Positions 10,484 through 23,222 of a DNA stretch of 64,000 nt are shown in pieces. The position numbers and the translations under genes were made by a program. This DNA is from a bacterium. GTDB lineage: Bacteria; UBA8248. Numbering within the stretch: position 1 is the stretch's first letter; each line of letters begins with the position of its first letter. The notes beneath the pieces are model-generated. The model made no database searches. It was not told the origin of the DNA and saw nothing but the letters and a program-made list of their open reading frames with translations. The stretch is from assembly GCA_965213625.1 (NCBI GenBank), contig CBDBZU010000004.1, forward strand, positions 1,568,001-1,632,000. Reading direction: 5' to 3'.

Positions 10484-10683
10484 TTGCGGAAACGGAGAAA
10501 CCAGGTGGTTACAAGTGAAACGACCCGGACACCCCATTCCCGGATAGCGATATAACGGGTTTTCCATCGAGCGAACCACTGCTCCCTTTTTCACATCATC
10601 CCCTTTCTGCTAAACTCCGCGCTTTCATTGGCCCCGAACAGGGGGTATTTCGTTCATCACGTTTCAAGGGAGAATGCGCCATC

Positions 10684-10998
10684 ATGCTGGAGCCTGAAAT
10701 TTTTGTGGTCGACCTCACGGAGAACTTCGGCGGGGAAATCACCGCGGACGGCCGGGTGAAGACGACGAGGGAACAACTCGAGAGCTGCGCCGCCAAGTTC
10801 GGGGCGAGCGTTTCGGTGAGCCACGCCAAAAACTTCGAACTCGGCACCCACGTGCCGACCATCACCGTGCGGCGTCTCGAGAAAAAGGGCAGGAAGACCG
10901 AGACCGAACTCCTGTTCTTCTCCTACGAGGGTGAGGGTGGCGACATCGTCACCGACCCCGCCGAATGGGGGCGCGTGCCGACGCAGATATTCGGCTGA
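10684..10998 (+). CDS. Hypothetical protein
   Basis: 104-aa ORF, GGAG upstream, high GC at third codon positions. Confidence 0.65.
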   Translation: MLEPEIFVVDLTENFGGEITADGRVKTTREQLESCAAKFGASVSVSHAKNFELGTHVPTITVRRLEKKGRKTETELLFFSYEGEGGDIVTDPAEWGRVPTQIFG

Positions 10999-11224
10999 TC
11001 TGTATTTCGAGGACATCGTTCCCGCCTGTATCGTGGAGATAGCCGCCGGGCATACGATGGCGGGGACAGGGCCGTAACCCTGTTTGAGTGTTCATCTGTT
11101 TGTATGGTTTCATTATAAGGGAGCCGGGCAATTGCGCTCATCCCGCGTTCTGGTTCTATATTGTTCACGAGATAACCTTGAGATAACCTGACTGAGGACC
11201 CGGAAAGAGAAAGGGTGTGGGAAG

Positions 11225-11458
11225 GTGATCGATTTACAGCCGATCACTACGGGAGACCTCATAGCCATTGCGAATTGCGCCGTGGGTTTCGCTCAATGTA
11301 CTGTAATCTGGCATGGTCTCTACACCATGCGCGCCGATATCAGGAAAAGGGACAAAGCGCTTGATGCAATCATCGCCCAGGGCAAAGAGGGCAGGGAAGC
11401 GTTGCGGAAAACCATGCAGAATTTAGATATAACAATGGCGAGATTGGATAAACGCTAA
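11225..11458 (+). CDS. Small hypothetical protein (hydrophobic segment plus coiled coil)
   Basis: 77-aa ORF with purine-rich upstream region. Confidence 0.5.
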   Translation: MIDLQPITTGDLIAIANCAVGFAQCTVIWHGLYTMRADIRKRDKALDAIIAQGKEGREALRKTMQNLDITMARLDKR

Positions 11459-11646
11459 ATACCTCGGGAGATCAACCGAAGCCCTGGCTGTCCTGCTAAA
11501 AAGATTAGCGTAAGTTGCGGCGTTTCGTGAAGGCTTTACAACCTTTCTGAAATGGTTCCGTTTCCTCGTCGGTTTTCCGGTGAATACTCAGGCGTATTTC
11601 ACGCGCATCCCCCACGCGGGGCGGCACGCTGATTGAAAGGGTGAAG

Positions 11647-12072
11647 ATGGCGCGTTCATGGACGAGGGAGGAAGTCGAGCGGGTGTTCCAAGCCCGCTGG
11701 CAGGGGAATTTCAACGACCTCCTGGGTTTTGAGGTACTGGAAGCGGAAGAGGGTTTCGCCCGCGTCGCGATGCCCGTAGAGCCGAAGCTCCACCAACCTT
11801 TCGGGATCATCCACGGCGGCGCGCTGGCGTCGCTGGCCGACACCGTGGGCGGCGTGGGCAGCTATGTGAGCTATCCGGTCGGAACGGAAGTGGTGACGGT
11901 GGAGATGAAGATCAACTTCGTGCGCCCGGTGAAGGAGGGAACTCTCATCGGTGAGGCGAAGGCCCTCCATCTGGGGCGAAAAACCTCGGTGTGGGAGATG
12001 CGCATCGTGGATGATGCGGAAAAACTCGTCTGCTTCGCCTCGGCCACCTATATGGTCGTGAAAGAGGCGTAG
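11647..12072 (+). CDS. PaaI family thioesterase
   Basis: QPFGIIHGGALASLAD, TVEMKINFVRPV. Confidence 0.92.
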   Translation: MARSWTREEVERVFQARWQGNFNDLLGFEVLEAEEGFARVAMPVEPKLHQPFGIIHGGALASLADTVGGVGSYVSYPVGTEVVTVEMKINFVRPVKEGTLIGEAKALHLGRKTSVWEMRIVDDAEKLVCFASATYMVVKEA

Positions 12073-12312
12073 TAAGAGCATTCAGGGCGCGGACTCTGAA
12101 TCCCTCTCGTCCTTTTAGTTCGTCTGTGGTATCATCTCCACAAGTTGGAAGTCGATAATTCCGTAACCCAATATGATTCAACTGTTTATAGCTTTTGCGC
12201 TAAGTCGGCCGCAACGCGCCGGTTTCGGGCGCAGCGAGCGCTTGACGGGGTGGGGGACGTTTTCCCGATGGTTTCTTGGGGAGGCGGAAACCCCGTCCGA
12301 GAGAGGTGAAAG

Positions 12313-15021
<2,709 letters not shown>

Positions 15022-15045
15022 GGTCGTGCGCCTATCAGTGGTTTC

Positions 15046-15070
15046 GTAGGGACAGGTCGCGACCTGTCCC
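15046..15070. repeat. GTAG-tagged REP-like palindrome
   Basis: GTAGGGACAGGTCGCGACCTGTCCC just downstream of acnA. Confidence 0.75.
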
Positions 15071-15172
15071 TCGTCAGGATGGACGTAACGGGGACAACCA
15101 CATGGGGTTGTACCTGCAACCGTAAATACCTGACATTCGAGATGTCCAAAATCGGAGAATAATTGCTCTGTC

Positions 15173-15646
15173 CTGGATTCCGGCATTCGCCGGAATGACG
15201 TTGGGTTTGCTTATCGAAAGCGAGAAGGATGCGGCGTGTGGCCGGATGGAAAGGCCTTGAACCTGACGAAGCGTTGCGAAGTTGCCGTCATTCCGGCGAA
15301 TGCCGGAATCCAGAGCCGATAAGGTCTCCAAACAAGTCATTCCATTCGGGATTCTTCTCTTCGATTACCCCGATTTTCCAAGACCTCGGCCAATTTTTGA
15401 GCCTCTTCTCATATAAAATCGCGCTTTCCATGCTTTCATGGCTCTCGTACCAGACCAGCATGTGGACACCGTAACGTTTTGTGAACCCATCCTCCGAATT
15501 GTTCTTGTGTTGCCAGACTCGCCGGATGAGGTCTGATGTAACACCGATATACAGCGTTCCGTTACGTTTGCTTGCGAGAATGTAGACGCAGGGTTGTTTC
15601 ATTGCTCAAAAAATCTTTCTGGATTCCGGCATACGCCGGAATGACG
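15173..15646. repeat. Three CGTC-tagged palindromic repeats (15173-15200, 15286-15313, 15619-15646) around a GIY-YIG gene
   Basis: CGTCATTCCGGCGAATGCCGGAATCCAG and its reverse complement; further copies at 60669 and 60782. Confidence 0.85.
15288..15602 (-). CDS. Stand-alone GIY-YIG nuclease family protein
   Basis: VYILASKRNGTLYIGVTSDLIRRVWQHK...FTKRYGVHMLVWYE...EKRLKNW...NPEWNDL. Confidence 0.92.
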   Translation of the reverse strand: MKQPCVYILASKRNGTLYIGVTSDLIRRVWQHKNNSEDGFTKRYGVHMLVWYESHESMESAILYEKRLKNWPRSWKIGVIEEKNPEWNDLFGDLIGSGFRHSPE

Positions 15647-15745
15647 GCGGTGGTCAATTCCGAGCAATGAGCGAGGAATTGCGTACAGATGCGTTTCTCG
15701 CCATTGGCTTATGCAAACGCTCGTTCCTCACTCGCGTTTGACCCA

Positions 15746-16879
15746 TCACGAAACAACCTCCTGGAGCCTCCCCCAGATGTATTCCGCGTCTTCATCCGTG
15801 AGCGGGTCGGGCGAGATGAAGATACCCGAATCGCCGGATATCCCGACCTGCACACGCACCTCGCTATCCCACAGCGCATCGGCAACCTGATCGCGCGATT
15901 TCCCAAGCGATTCTGGGTCAATTTCGATCACGACTTCCGGCAAATCCTGCCCCAGCGAGTTGGGACGCCTGATGCGCGGCGAGAGTCCCCTCATCCCGGC
16001 TGTGCGCTCCATAAAGAACTCGCACCATTTCTCGTTGTGGGCGTATTGCTCCGCCTCGCCGCCGTCCAGGTAATGCTCAAACGCCGCGAGCAGGCCCACG
16101 ATGTCGTCGCGCCCCGCCTTCATGGGCCGGCCGATCGAATATTTGGGGCTTCCCATCATGGCGCAGGCTTTGATGATTTCTTCTTTGCCCAGGATGAGGC
16201 CCGTATTCTGTGGTCCGCCGATGCTCTTCCCCCCGCTGAAGATGGCGGCGTCGGCCCCCATCTCCTTTGTGTAGCGCCAAAGGTTGGAGGAGGGGGGCAG
16301 CTGCGCAGCGGCGTCCACGATTACGGGCACGTTCCTTTCGTGCGCGATCTCGATGATGGTTTCGAGCTTCAGAATGTTTTTACCCGCATAACGGCCCGGG
16401 AAATAGAAGACGCCCGCCGTTTTCTCCCCGATGGCCTCTTCGAGTTCCCAGGGATGGGTCTGCCGGTGCGAGCCGATCTCTACGAGCCTCGCTCCCGCCT
16501 GGCGGATATTGATGTCGTAGTGGTTTCTCTGGAAGCGGTGGATCACGATTTCGTTCTTTAAGCCGTCGGTGAAGGGGAGCTTGTCCATCAAGGCCGGGCT
16601 TCCGCCCGTGATGCAGGCGGCCGCGCACAGCACGAGGCCTGCGGCGGAACCGCTCGTGACGTAGGCAGCTTCGTTTTGCGTCATCCCGGCGATGCGCGCG
16701 CCCGCTTTCGCGTGGAGTTCGTTCATGTCCACCTGGGCGGCGTTCGCCTCCTGCATGGCGGCCCATACCTCGGGCCTCAGTCCCGAGCCGCCGAAGACGG
16801 TCTGGCGGGTGCGCGCGCTGATGACGCGGCGGATTCCGAGGTTACTCAGGAATTTTGGGTTTTGCGCGGATTCGTTAAT
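15746..16879 (-). CDS. SelA-like/DgaE-family PLP-dependent enzyme; probable ATT start at 16879
   Basis: VTSGSAAGL, VIVDAAAQ, FSGGKSIGGPQNTG. The family-like N-terminus (LGIRRVI...FGGS...PEVWAAM) lies upstream of the first ATG at 16756; AAGGAG sits 7 nt before the ATT. Confidence 0.8.
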   Translation of the reverse strand: MNESAQNPKFLSNLGIRRVISARTRQTVFGGSGLRPEVWAAMQEANAAQVDMNELHAKAGARIAGMTQNEAAYVTSGSAAGLVLCAAACITGGSPALMDKLPFTDGLKNEIVIHRFQRNHYDINIRQAGARLVEIGSHRQTHPWELEEAIGEKTAGVFYFPGRYAGKNILKLETIIEIAHERNVPVIVDAAAQLPPSSNLWRYTKEMGADAAIFSGGKSIGGPQNTGLILGKEEIIKACAMMGSPKYSIGRPMKAGRDDIVGLLAAFEHYLDGGEAEQYAHNEKWCEFFMERTAGMRGLSPRIRRPNSLGQDLPEVVIEIDPESLGKSRDQVADALWDSEVRVQVGISGDSGIFISPDPLTDEDAEYIWGRLQEVVS

Positions 16880-16890
16880 CGTCTTGCTCC

Positions 16891-17640
16891 TTAGCCAAGG
16901 GTGGAATACTGCAGCGTTGCGCCTCCGAGGACGTTCCAGGAGGCGTCGTCATCCGTCATTCCGTACAGGGAAAGGGTATGATAGCCCTCTTCATCGCGGG
17001 AGAAGCGCCTCTCGACATCGAACCTGAAGACCTGCGACGCCTCATGCGGCGTGAGTTCCAATTCGGCCGATTCCGGCGGTGTGCCGTCCAAGCCTATTCC
17101 CAAAAGAAGCGGCGAGGCGGCCCCCTCGCTCCTCACACGGCCCTCGATTTCGAGATGCGCCTCCTCCCCGCCCCAGACGAGGAAAGAGACGCTCATATCG
17201 GACGACACTTCTCGCCACCCGCCTGCGGTGATTGCCGCATCCGCGCGCAGCCTCTGCCGCCACTCGACCCGCTTTCTGTTGTGATGGCTCAGGATGAGTG
17301 TCCTGTGCTCCGGCCTGTCCGCCCAGTGGTAGTGTTTGGGCCTGCTCTCATAGGGTCTTCCCATGCCGACGAGAAGGGCGGAGGGGTCGCCGCGCATCAC
17401 CTCCTCATCGCCTATGGTCTCATGCCCCGTCGTGGAGGCAATGAGCTTTACACGCTCGCGTCCTTCATCCCAGGTCGCATAGACGTACTGCACCGTATCG
17501 ACGGGAGGCCGCGAGGCCACGTTGGGCGGAGTTTCTTGCAGGGTTCGCCGCCGCCTGCCGATACGTATTTCCCCGCCGCCGTGGCGCACGAGTTCGAGTT
17601 GGTGAAAGCCCCGGTATTCGAGACGGCACGGCTGGGACAT
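16891..17640 (-). CDS. Hypothetical protein
   Basis: ATG 17640 (MSQPCRLEY) preceded by GGAG; its stop codon overlaps the RBS of the next gene. Confidence 0.6.
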   Translation of the reverse strand: MSQPCRLEYRGFHQLELVRHGGGEIRIGRRRRTLQETPPNVASRPPVDTVQYVYATWDEGRERVKLIASTTGHETIGDEEVMRGDPSALLVGMGRPYESRPKHYHWADRPEHRTLILSHHNRKRVEWRQRLRADAAITAGGWREVSSDMSVSFLVWGGEEAHLEIEGRVRSEGAASPLLLGIGLDGTPPESAELELTPHEASQVFRFDVERRFSRDEEGYHTLSLYGMTDDDASWNVLGGATLQYSTLG

Positions 17641-17780
17641 GGAGTCTTCTCCATTCGATGCGCGTTTGGCATTGTTCGATGCGCCCATCATATCACGATG
17701 TGTCGGGACTCGTGATCGTGTATCATGGCGCCGCTCCGCCGCCCGGCGGCGTCTTCTATTTCTGTGACAGGAGTTTCGAA

Positions 17781-18824
17781 ATGCGTATCGTGACCACACT
17801 ACCGATGGACGATCTGAAAAAAGCGGGCGCAGCCGCCCGGGTGCTGGAAGCGGCCGGCTATGATGGTGTGATGACCATGGAAAACGCGCACCACCCGTTC
17901 CTGCCCCTGGCGGTGGCGGCGGTGGAGACCGAGCGCGTGGAGCTTCTGACCGCCGTGGCCATCGCCTTCCCGAGGAGTCCGATGGTGTGCGCGAACGCAA
18001 GCTGGGATTTGCAAGTCGCCTCGAACGGGCGCTTCGTCCTGGGACTCGGGCCCCAGATCCGTGCGCACAACTTGCGGCGTTTCAGCGTGCCCTGGACGAA
18101 ACCCGCCGCGAGAATGCGCGAATACGTGGAATCGCTCCGCGCAATATGGCGCGCGTGGCAAAGTGGGAAAAAACTCGATTACCAGGGCGAGCACTACCAG
18201 TTCAGCCTCATGACGCCCGCCTTCACACCGCCCTCCGGTGGTCAGCCCATGGCGCCGGTCACCATCGCGGCGGTGGGGCCGGGCATGCTGAAAGTGGCGG
18301 GAAGCCGCTGCGACGGTGTACGTCTGCATCCTTTTTGCTCGAGCAGGTATTTCGAGGAATTCTGCCTGCCGAAGCTCACGGACGGGTTCGGGGAGAACGG
18401 GATTACGCGCGAGCAGTTCGAGATTACAGGCGGGGGCTACATCGTCACCGGAGCGGATGAAGAAGCCTTGAGGCGCGGGATGGATGAGGTCAAGGTGCGC
18501 CTCGGCTTTTACGGATCGACGCCCGATTACTGGCCCGTGCTCGAGATGCACGGCTACGGCGATCTGGGCCGGAAATTGAGACAGATGACGCGCGAGGGAA
18601 AATGGGGCGAGTTGGCGGGCGAGATTCCGGACGACCTTGTCCACCTTTTCGCCGCCGTGGGCGTACATGCGGAGGTCAAAGATGCGATTGAGGCGCGCTT
18701 TGCGAACGGCGTCGATACCCTCTACGCGGGGATGCTCCCCACGGCGGACAAGGACCTGCCGCCCGACCTGATTCAGGACATCCAGACGATACCGGTGGCG
18801 TTTACGGGCTACGCGGAGAGGTAG
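17781..18824 (+). CDS. LLM-class (luciferase-like) probable F420-dependent oxidoreductase
   Basis: ENAHHPFLPL, AIAFPRSPM, WDLQVASNGRFVLGLGPQI, FSLMTPAF, FYGSTPDY; AGGAG RBS. Confidence 0.85.
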   Translation: MRIVTTLPMDDLKKAGAAARVLEAAGYDGVMTMENAHHPFLPLAVAAVETERVELLTAVAIAFPRSPMVCANASWDLQVASNGRFVLGLGPQIRAHNLRRFSVPWTKPAARMREYVESLRAIWRAWQSGKKLDYQGEHYQFSLMTPAFTPPSGGQPMAPVTIAAVGPGMLKVAGSRCDGVRLHPFCSSRYFEEFCLPKLTDGFGENGITREQFEITGGGYIVTGADEEALRRGMDEVKVRLGFYGSTPDYWPVLEMHGYGDLGRKLRQMTREGKWGELAGEIPDDLVHLFAAVGVHAEVKDAIEARFANGVDTLYAGMLPTADKDLPPDLIQDIQTIPVAFTGYAER

Positions 18825-18896
18825 GTCAGGCCCGACTGATGAAGGAGGGGCTGCTTGCCCGAGGAAGGCGGGTTTGCCGAATGAGGAGGCGTAACC

Positions 18897-18924
18897 GTAG
18901 TGACAGCCCCTCCTCGGGGCTGTC
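18897..18924. repeat. GTAG-tagged REP-like palindrome, second type
   Basis: GTAGTGACAGCCCCTCCTCGGGGCTGTC; near-identical copy at 60596. Confidence 0.7.
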
Positions 18925-18953
18925 CCACAAGCCCCCGTGCCTGTCCAGTACGC

Positions 18954-20345
<1,392 letters not shown>

Positions 20346-20438
20346 GCTGCCTCCTGCGGATGCGTTGTAAGGTATTGTTGGTCTTATCGTCTTATCGGGC
20401 CGGTCATCTTGTTTTGATCGTTGTTTTCAGGACGCGCC

Positions 20439-21467
20439 TCACCACGTGAGTACGATGCGGCCCACCGGGTCGCCCGCGCGCAGGGCGGCCAGCGCGTCGT
20501 TGGCGTCCGGCATCGGGGCTTCCTCGGTGATTACGGCGCGCACGCGGCCATCGTTCACCAGGCTCGCGGCGTCGGCCACGTCGCGCACCGTGTGGTTATG
20601 CGACGCGATGATCTGGATCCACTTATATACGAGTTGCGCGGGGTCGATCTCCACCTTCTGGCCGAAGGAATATCCCAGGATGACGAGGCGTCCGCCGGGC
20701 CGGAGCAGGTCGATGCACTGCTGGAGCACGGGCGGTACGGCGGCCCCGCCGACGATCTCGAGCGCGATATCCGCCCCGAAACCGTTCGTGATGTCCATCA
20801 CGGCCTTCACCGGGTCGGTTTCCATCGCATTCACCGTCTCGAACGCGCCCAGTTCGCGCGCCTTGGCGAGTTTCTCTTCCTTCACGTCCACGGCAATAAT
20901 GTTCGCGCCCAGGTGGTGGAGTAGTTGGAGAGCGTGCAGCCCGAGGCCCCCGACCCCGAAGATGACGGCGCACTCGCCGAGTTCGGGCCGCGCCATGCGA
21001 ATGGCGTGTAGGGGTGAGCCGAGCGTCCCGCCGATGAGGGAAGCGGCCGCCAGGGATACGTTATCGCCGATTTTCACGAGATTCCGCTCCGAGGCTGCGA
21101 CCAACTGGCCGAAACCGCCGTCTATCTCGATGCCTAAGCGTCCGGGTGAGTTCAGGCACATCTCCTCATGGCCCAGGCGGCACATGCGGCAGCGCCCGCA
21201 GGTCTGCTTGCTCACGACGACCACGCGGTCGCCGGGGGCGACGGAATCCACCTCTGCGCCCACATCGAGCACGACGCCTGAATTCTCATGGCCGAGCATC
21301 AGGGGCGTGGGGGCCGATTTGACGCTTCCGTCCACTATCTTCAAGTCCGTCGCGCACAGGCCGTTCGCCTTCGATTCCACGAGCACCTGGCGGGGGCCGA
21401 TCTTGGGTTCGGGCGCTTCTTCATAGGCGAGAGGCTGGCCGAATTGCTTGAGGATCATGGCCTTCAT
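20439..21467 (-). CDS. Zn-dependent alcohol dehydrogenase (MDR family)
   Basis: CATD, GHE, CGRCRMC...C, GVGGLG. Confidence 0.9.
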   Translation of the reverse strand: MKAMILKQFGQPLAYEEAPEPKIGPRQVLVESKANGLCATDLKIVDGSVKSAPTPLMLGHENSGVVLDVGAEVDSVAPGDRVVVVSKQTCGRCRMCRLGHEEMCLNSPGRLGIEIDGGFGQLVAASERNLVKIGDNVSLAAASLIGGTLGSPLHAIRMARPELGECAVIFGVGGLGLHALQLLHHLGANIIAVDVKEEKLAKARELGAFETVNAMETDPVKAVMDITNGFGADIALEIVGGAAVPPVLQQCIDLLRPGGRLVILGYSFGQKVEIDPAQLVYKWIQIIASHNHTVRDVADAASLVNDGRVRAVITEEAPMPDANDALAALRAGDPVGRIVLTW

Positions 21468-21594
21468 GGGCGGTTCCTCCGTATCGTCGGTTTTTGGGTC
21501 GATCTCGCGGCGATTCTAGCAGGCCCGCCAAGGGGATGCCAGATGGAGTGTTCTTTCCCTTGCTCGTTATTCCAGCGGATGCCGGAATCGAGAC

Positions 21595-22338
21595 CTACAT
21601 CCCCAGCCCGCCGTCGATTCGGAGCACGATGCCCGTCACGTAGCTCGCCTCATCCGACGCCAGGAAAACAAACCCAGCCGCCATCTCCTCGGGTTCTCCC
21701 CACCTGCCCAGGCAGATGCGCTCAAGATACTTGGACTCGAATCGCTCGTCCGTGCGAATCGTCTCCGTCATGGGGGTGATGGCCGCGGGCGAGACGCAGT
21801 TCACGGTTATGTTGTGGCGTCCCAGTTCGCGCGCCGCGCTTTGCGTCGCGCCGACGATGCCCATCTTGGCGGAGGAGTAGTTGATCTGGCCGATGGTGCC
21901 GCGAAGCCCCGCGCCCGAAGTCACGTTGATGATGCGGCCTTCCTTCCGGGGGATCATGCGCTTGGCCGCCGCGTGGATGCCCGTCCAGGTGCCCTTCAAG
22001 TGGACGGCGATCACGGAGTCCCACTGCTCTTCGCTCATCTTGTGGAGCATGGCCGCGCGCACGATGCCTGCGTTGTTCACCATGACGTTGATGGGCCCGT
22101 GCGTGGCCTCAGACGCGTCGAGAGCGCCCTCGACCTCCTCCAGCTTGCTCACGTCGGCCTTGTGGAAGAGCGCCTCGCCGCCTGCCTCTCTTATCAGGCG
22201 CGCCGTCTCCTCGCCCCCCTCCTCGTTCATGTCGACGACGAGCACCTTCGCACCCTCCTCGGCGAAGCGCCGGCACACCGAGCGTCCGATGCCCTGCGCT
22301 GCGCCGGTGACGAGGGCGTTCTTGTCTTTCAGTCTCAT
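21595..22338 (-). CDS. SDR family oxidoreductase (FabG-like)
   Basis: TGAAQGIG, NNAG, YSSAK. Confidence 0.92.
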   Translation of the reverse strand: MRLKDKNALVTGAAQGIGRSVCRRFAEEGAKVLVVDMNEEGGEETARLIREAGGEALFHKADVSKLEEVEGALDASEATHGPINVMVNNAGIVRAAMLHKMSEEQWDSVIAVHLKGTWTGIHAAAKRMIPRKEGRIINVTSGAGLRGTIGQINYSSAKMGIVGATQSAARELGRHNITVNCVSPAAITPMTETIRTDERFESKYLERICLGRWGEPEEMAAGFVFLASDEASYVTGIVLRIDGGLGM

Positions 22339-22362
22339 GGAATTCCTCTCTTTCTTATGGAC

Positions 22363-22764
22363 TCAGTCCAGCCAGGCCTGCGCCTCACCCCTGGTGACGA
22401 CGCGGCCGCCGGAGTCTACCGCCTCGATATCACAGGTGGCGTATTCCCGGCCATTCTCTTGCGTGACCTGGGTCACGACGCCCCGGCAGGTGATGACCTC
22501 TCCCAGCTTCACCATTCCCTGAAAGCGGACTTCGAGCCGCTTGTAGCTGCCCGCGCCGAATGTGTTCTCGACGAATTGCCCGAGAAAGCCCATCGAGAGC
22601 ATCCCGTGGGCGATGACGCCATCCAGGCCGCCCGCCCGCGCCGCCTCGTCGTCATAGTGGATCGAATTGAAATCTCCGCTTGCGCCTGCGTATTTCACAA
22701 GCTGTGTCCGCGATATGGGGTCCTTCACGAGATCGGGAAGCGCGTCGCCTTTTTGGTAGCTCAT
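22363..22764 (-). CDS. MaoC family (R)-dehydratase, catalytic subunit type
   Basis: YAGASGDFNSIHYD...IAHGM hydratase motif. Confidence 0.88.
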   Translation of the reverse strand: MSYQKGDALPDLVKDPISRTQLVKYAGASGDFNSIHYDDEAARAGGLDGVIAHGMLSMGFLGQFVENTFGAGSYKRLEVRFQGMVKLGEVITCRGVVTQVTQENGREYATCDIEAVDSGGRVVTRGEAQAWLD

Positions 22765-22774
22765 CGTCTCTCCC

Positions 22775-23209
22775 TCAGTTCTTGAATCGCCGGAGCGACA
22801 CCCACTTGCCCCCGCCTACGCGAGCGCCGTCGCGCGCGTCGGTAAACTCATATTCGCGCTCGACGAATACGAGGTCGCCCGTGCGGCCCGACTTTTCGGT
22901 GATGTCCACGATGGTGAAGGATACGTCCAGCTCATCGCCCGCTCGGATGGGCCGCTCGACCTCATAAACCTGCGAGGCGTGAAGCCCCACGTCGCCGAAA
23001 TCAGGCGGCAGATCGGGATAGGCGTCCTTTGCCCGGAAGGTGGTGGGAAACGTAGGTGGCGCGATAGCGTCGCCCCCCCGGTAGGCGGGGCTCCCGTCGC
23101 CGATAGCGTCCGCGAATTTCTCTATCGCCCCTTGCTCTACCCTCACGCGGTAGGGGCCGTGCTTTCGCCCCACCAGGGCGCGTATTTCGGGCGTGATTCT
23201 CTTGCTCAT
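22775..23209 (-). CDS. MaoC-like hotdog protein, partner subunit type
   Basis: FADAIGD...APPTF...RPIRAGD. Confidence 0.82.
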   Translation of the reverse strand: MSKRITPEIRALVGRKHGPYRVRVEQGAIEKFADAIGDGSPAYRGGDAIAPPTFPTTFRAKDAYPDLPPDFGDVGLHASQVYEVERPIRAGDELDVSFTIVDITEKSGRTGDLVFVEREYEFTDARDGARVGGGKWVSLRRFKN

Positions 23210-23222
23210 GCGGGTCCTCTCG

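Noticed and set aside
15173-15646. CRISPR array
   Set aside because: Repeats alternate in orientation, spacing is irregular, one interval holds a gene, and no cas genes are present.
15746-16879. True selenocysteine synthase (selA) supporting the nearby selenoprotein
   Set aside because: About 377 aa, lacking the SelA N-terminal extension, and no selB/selC neighbours; it fits the SelA-like/DgaE group better.
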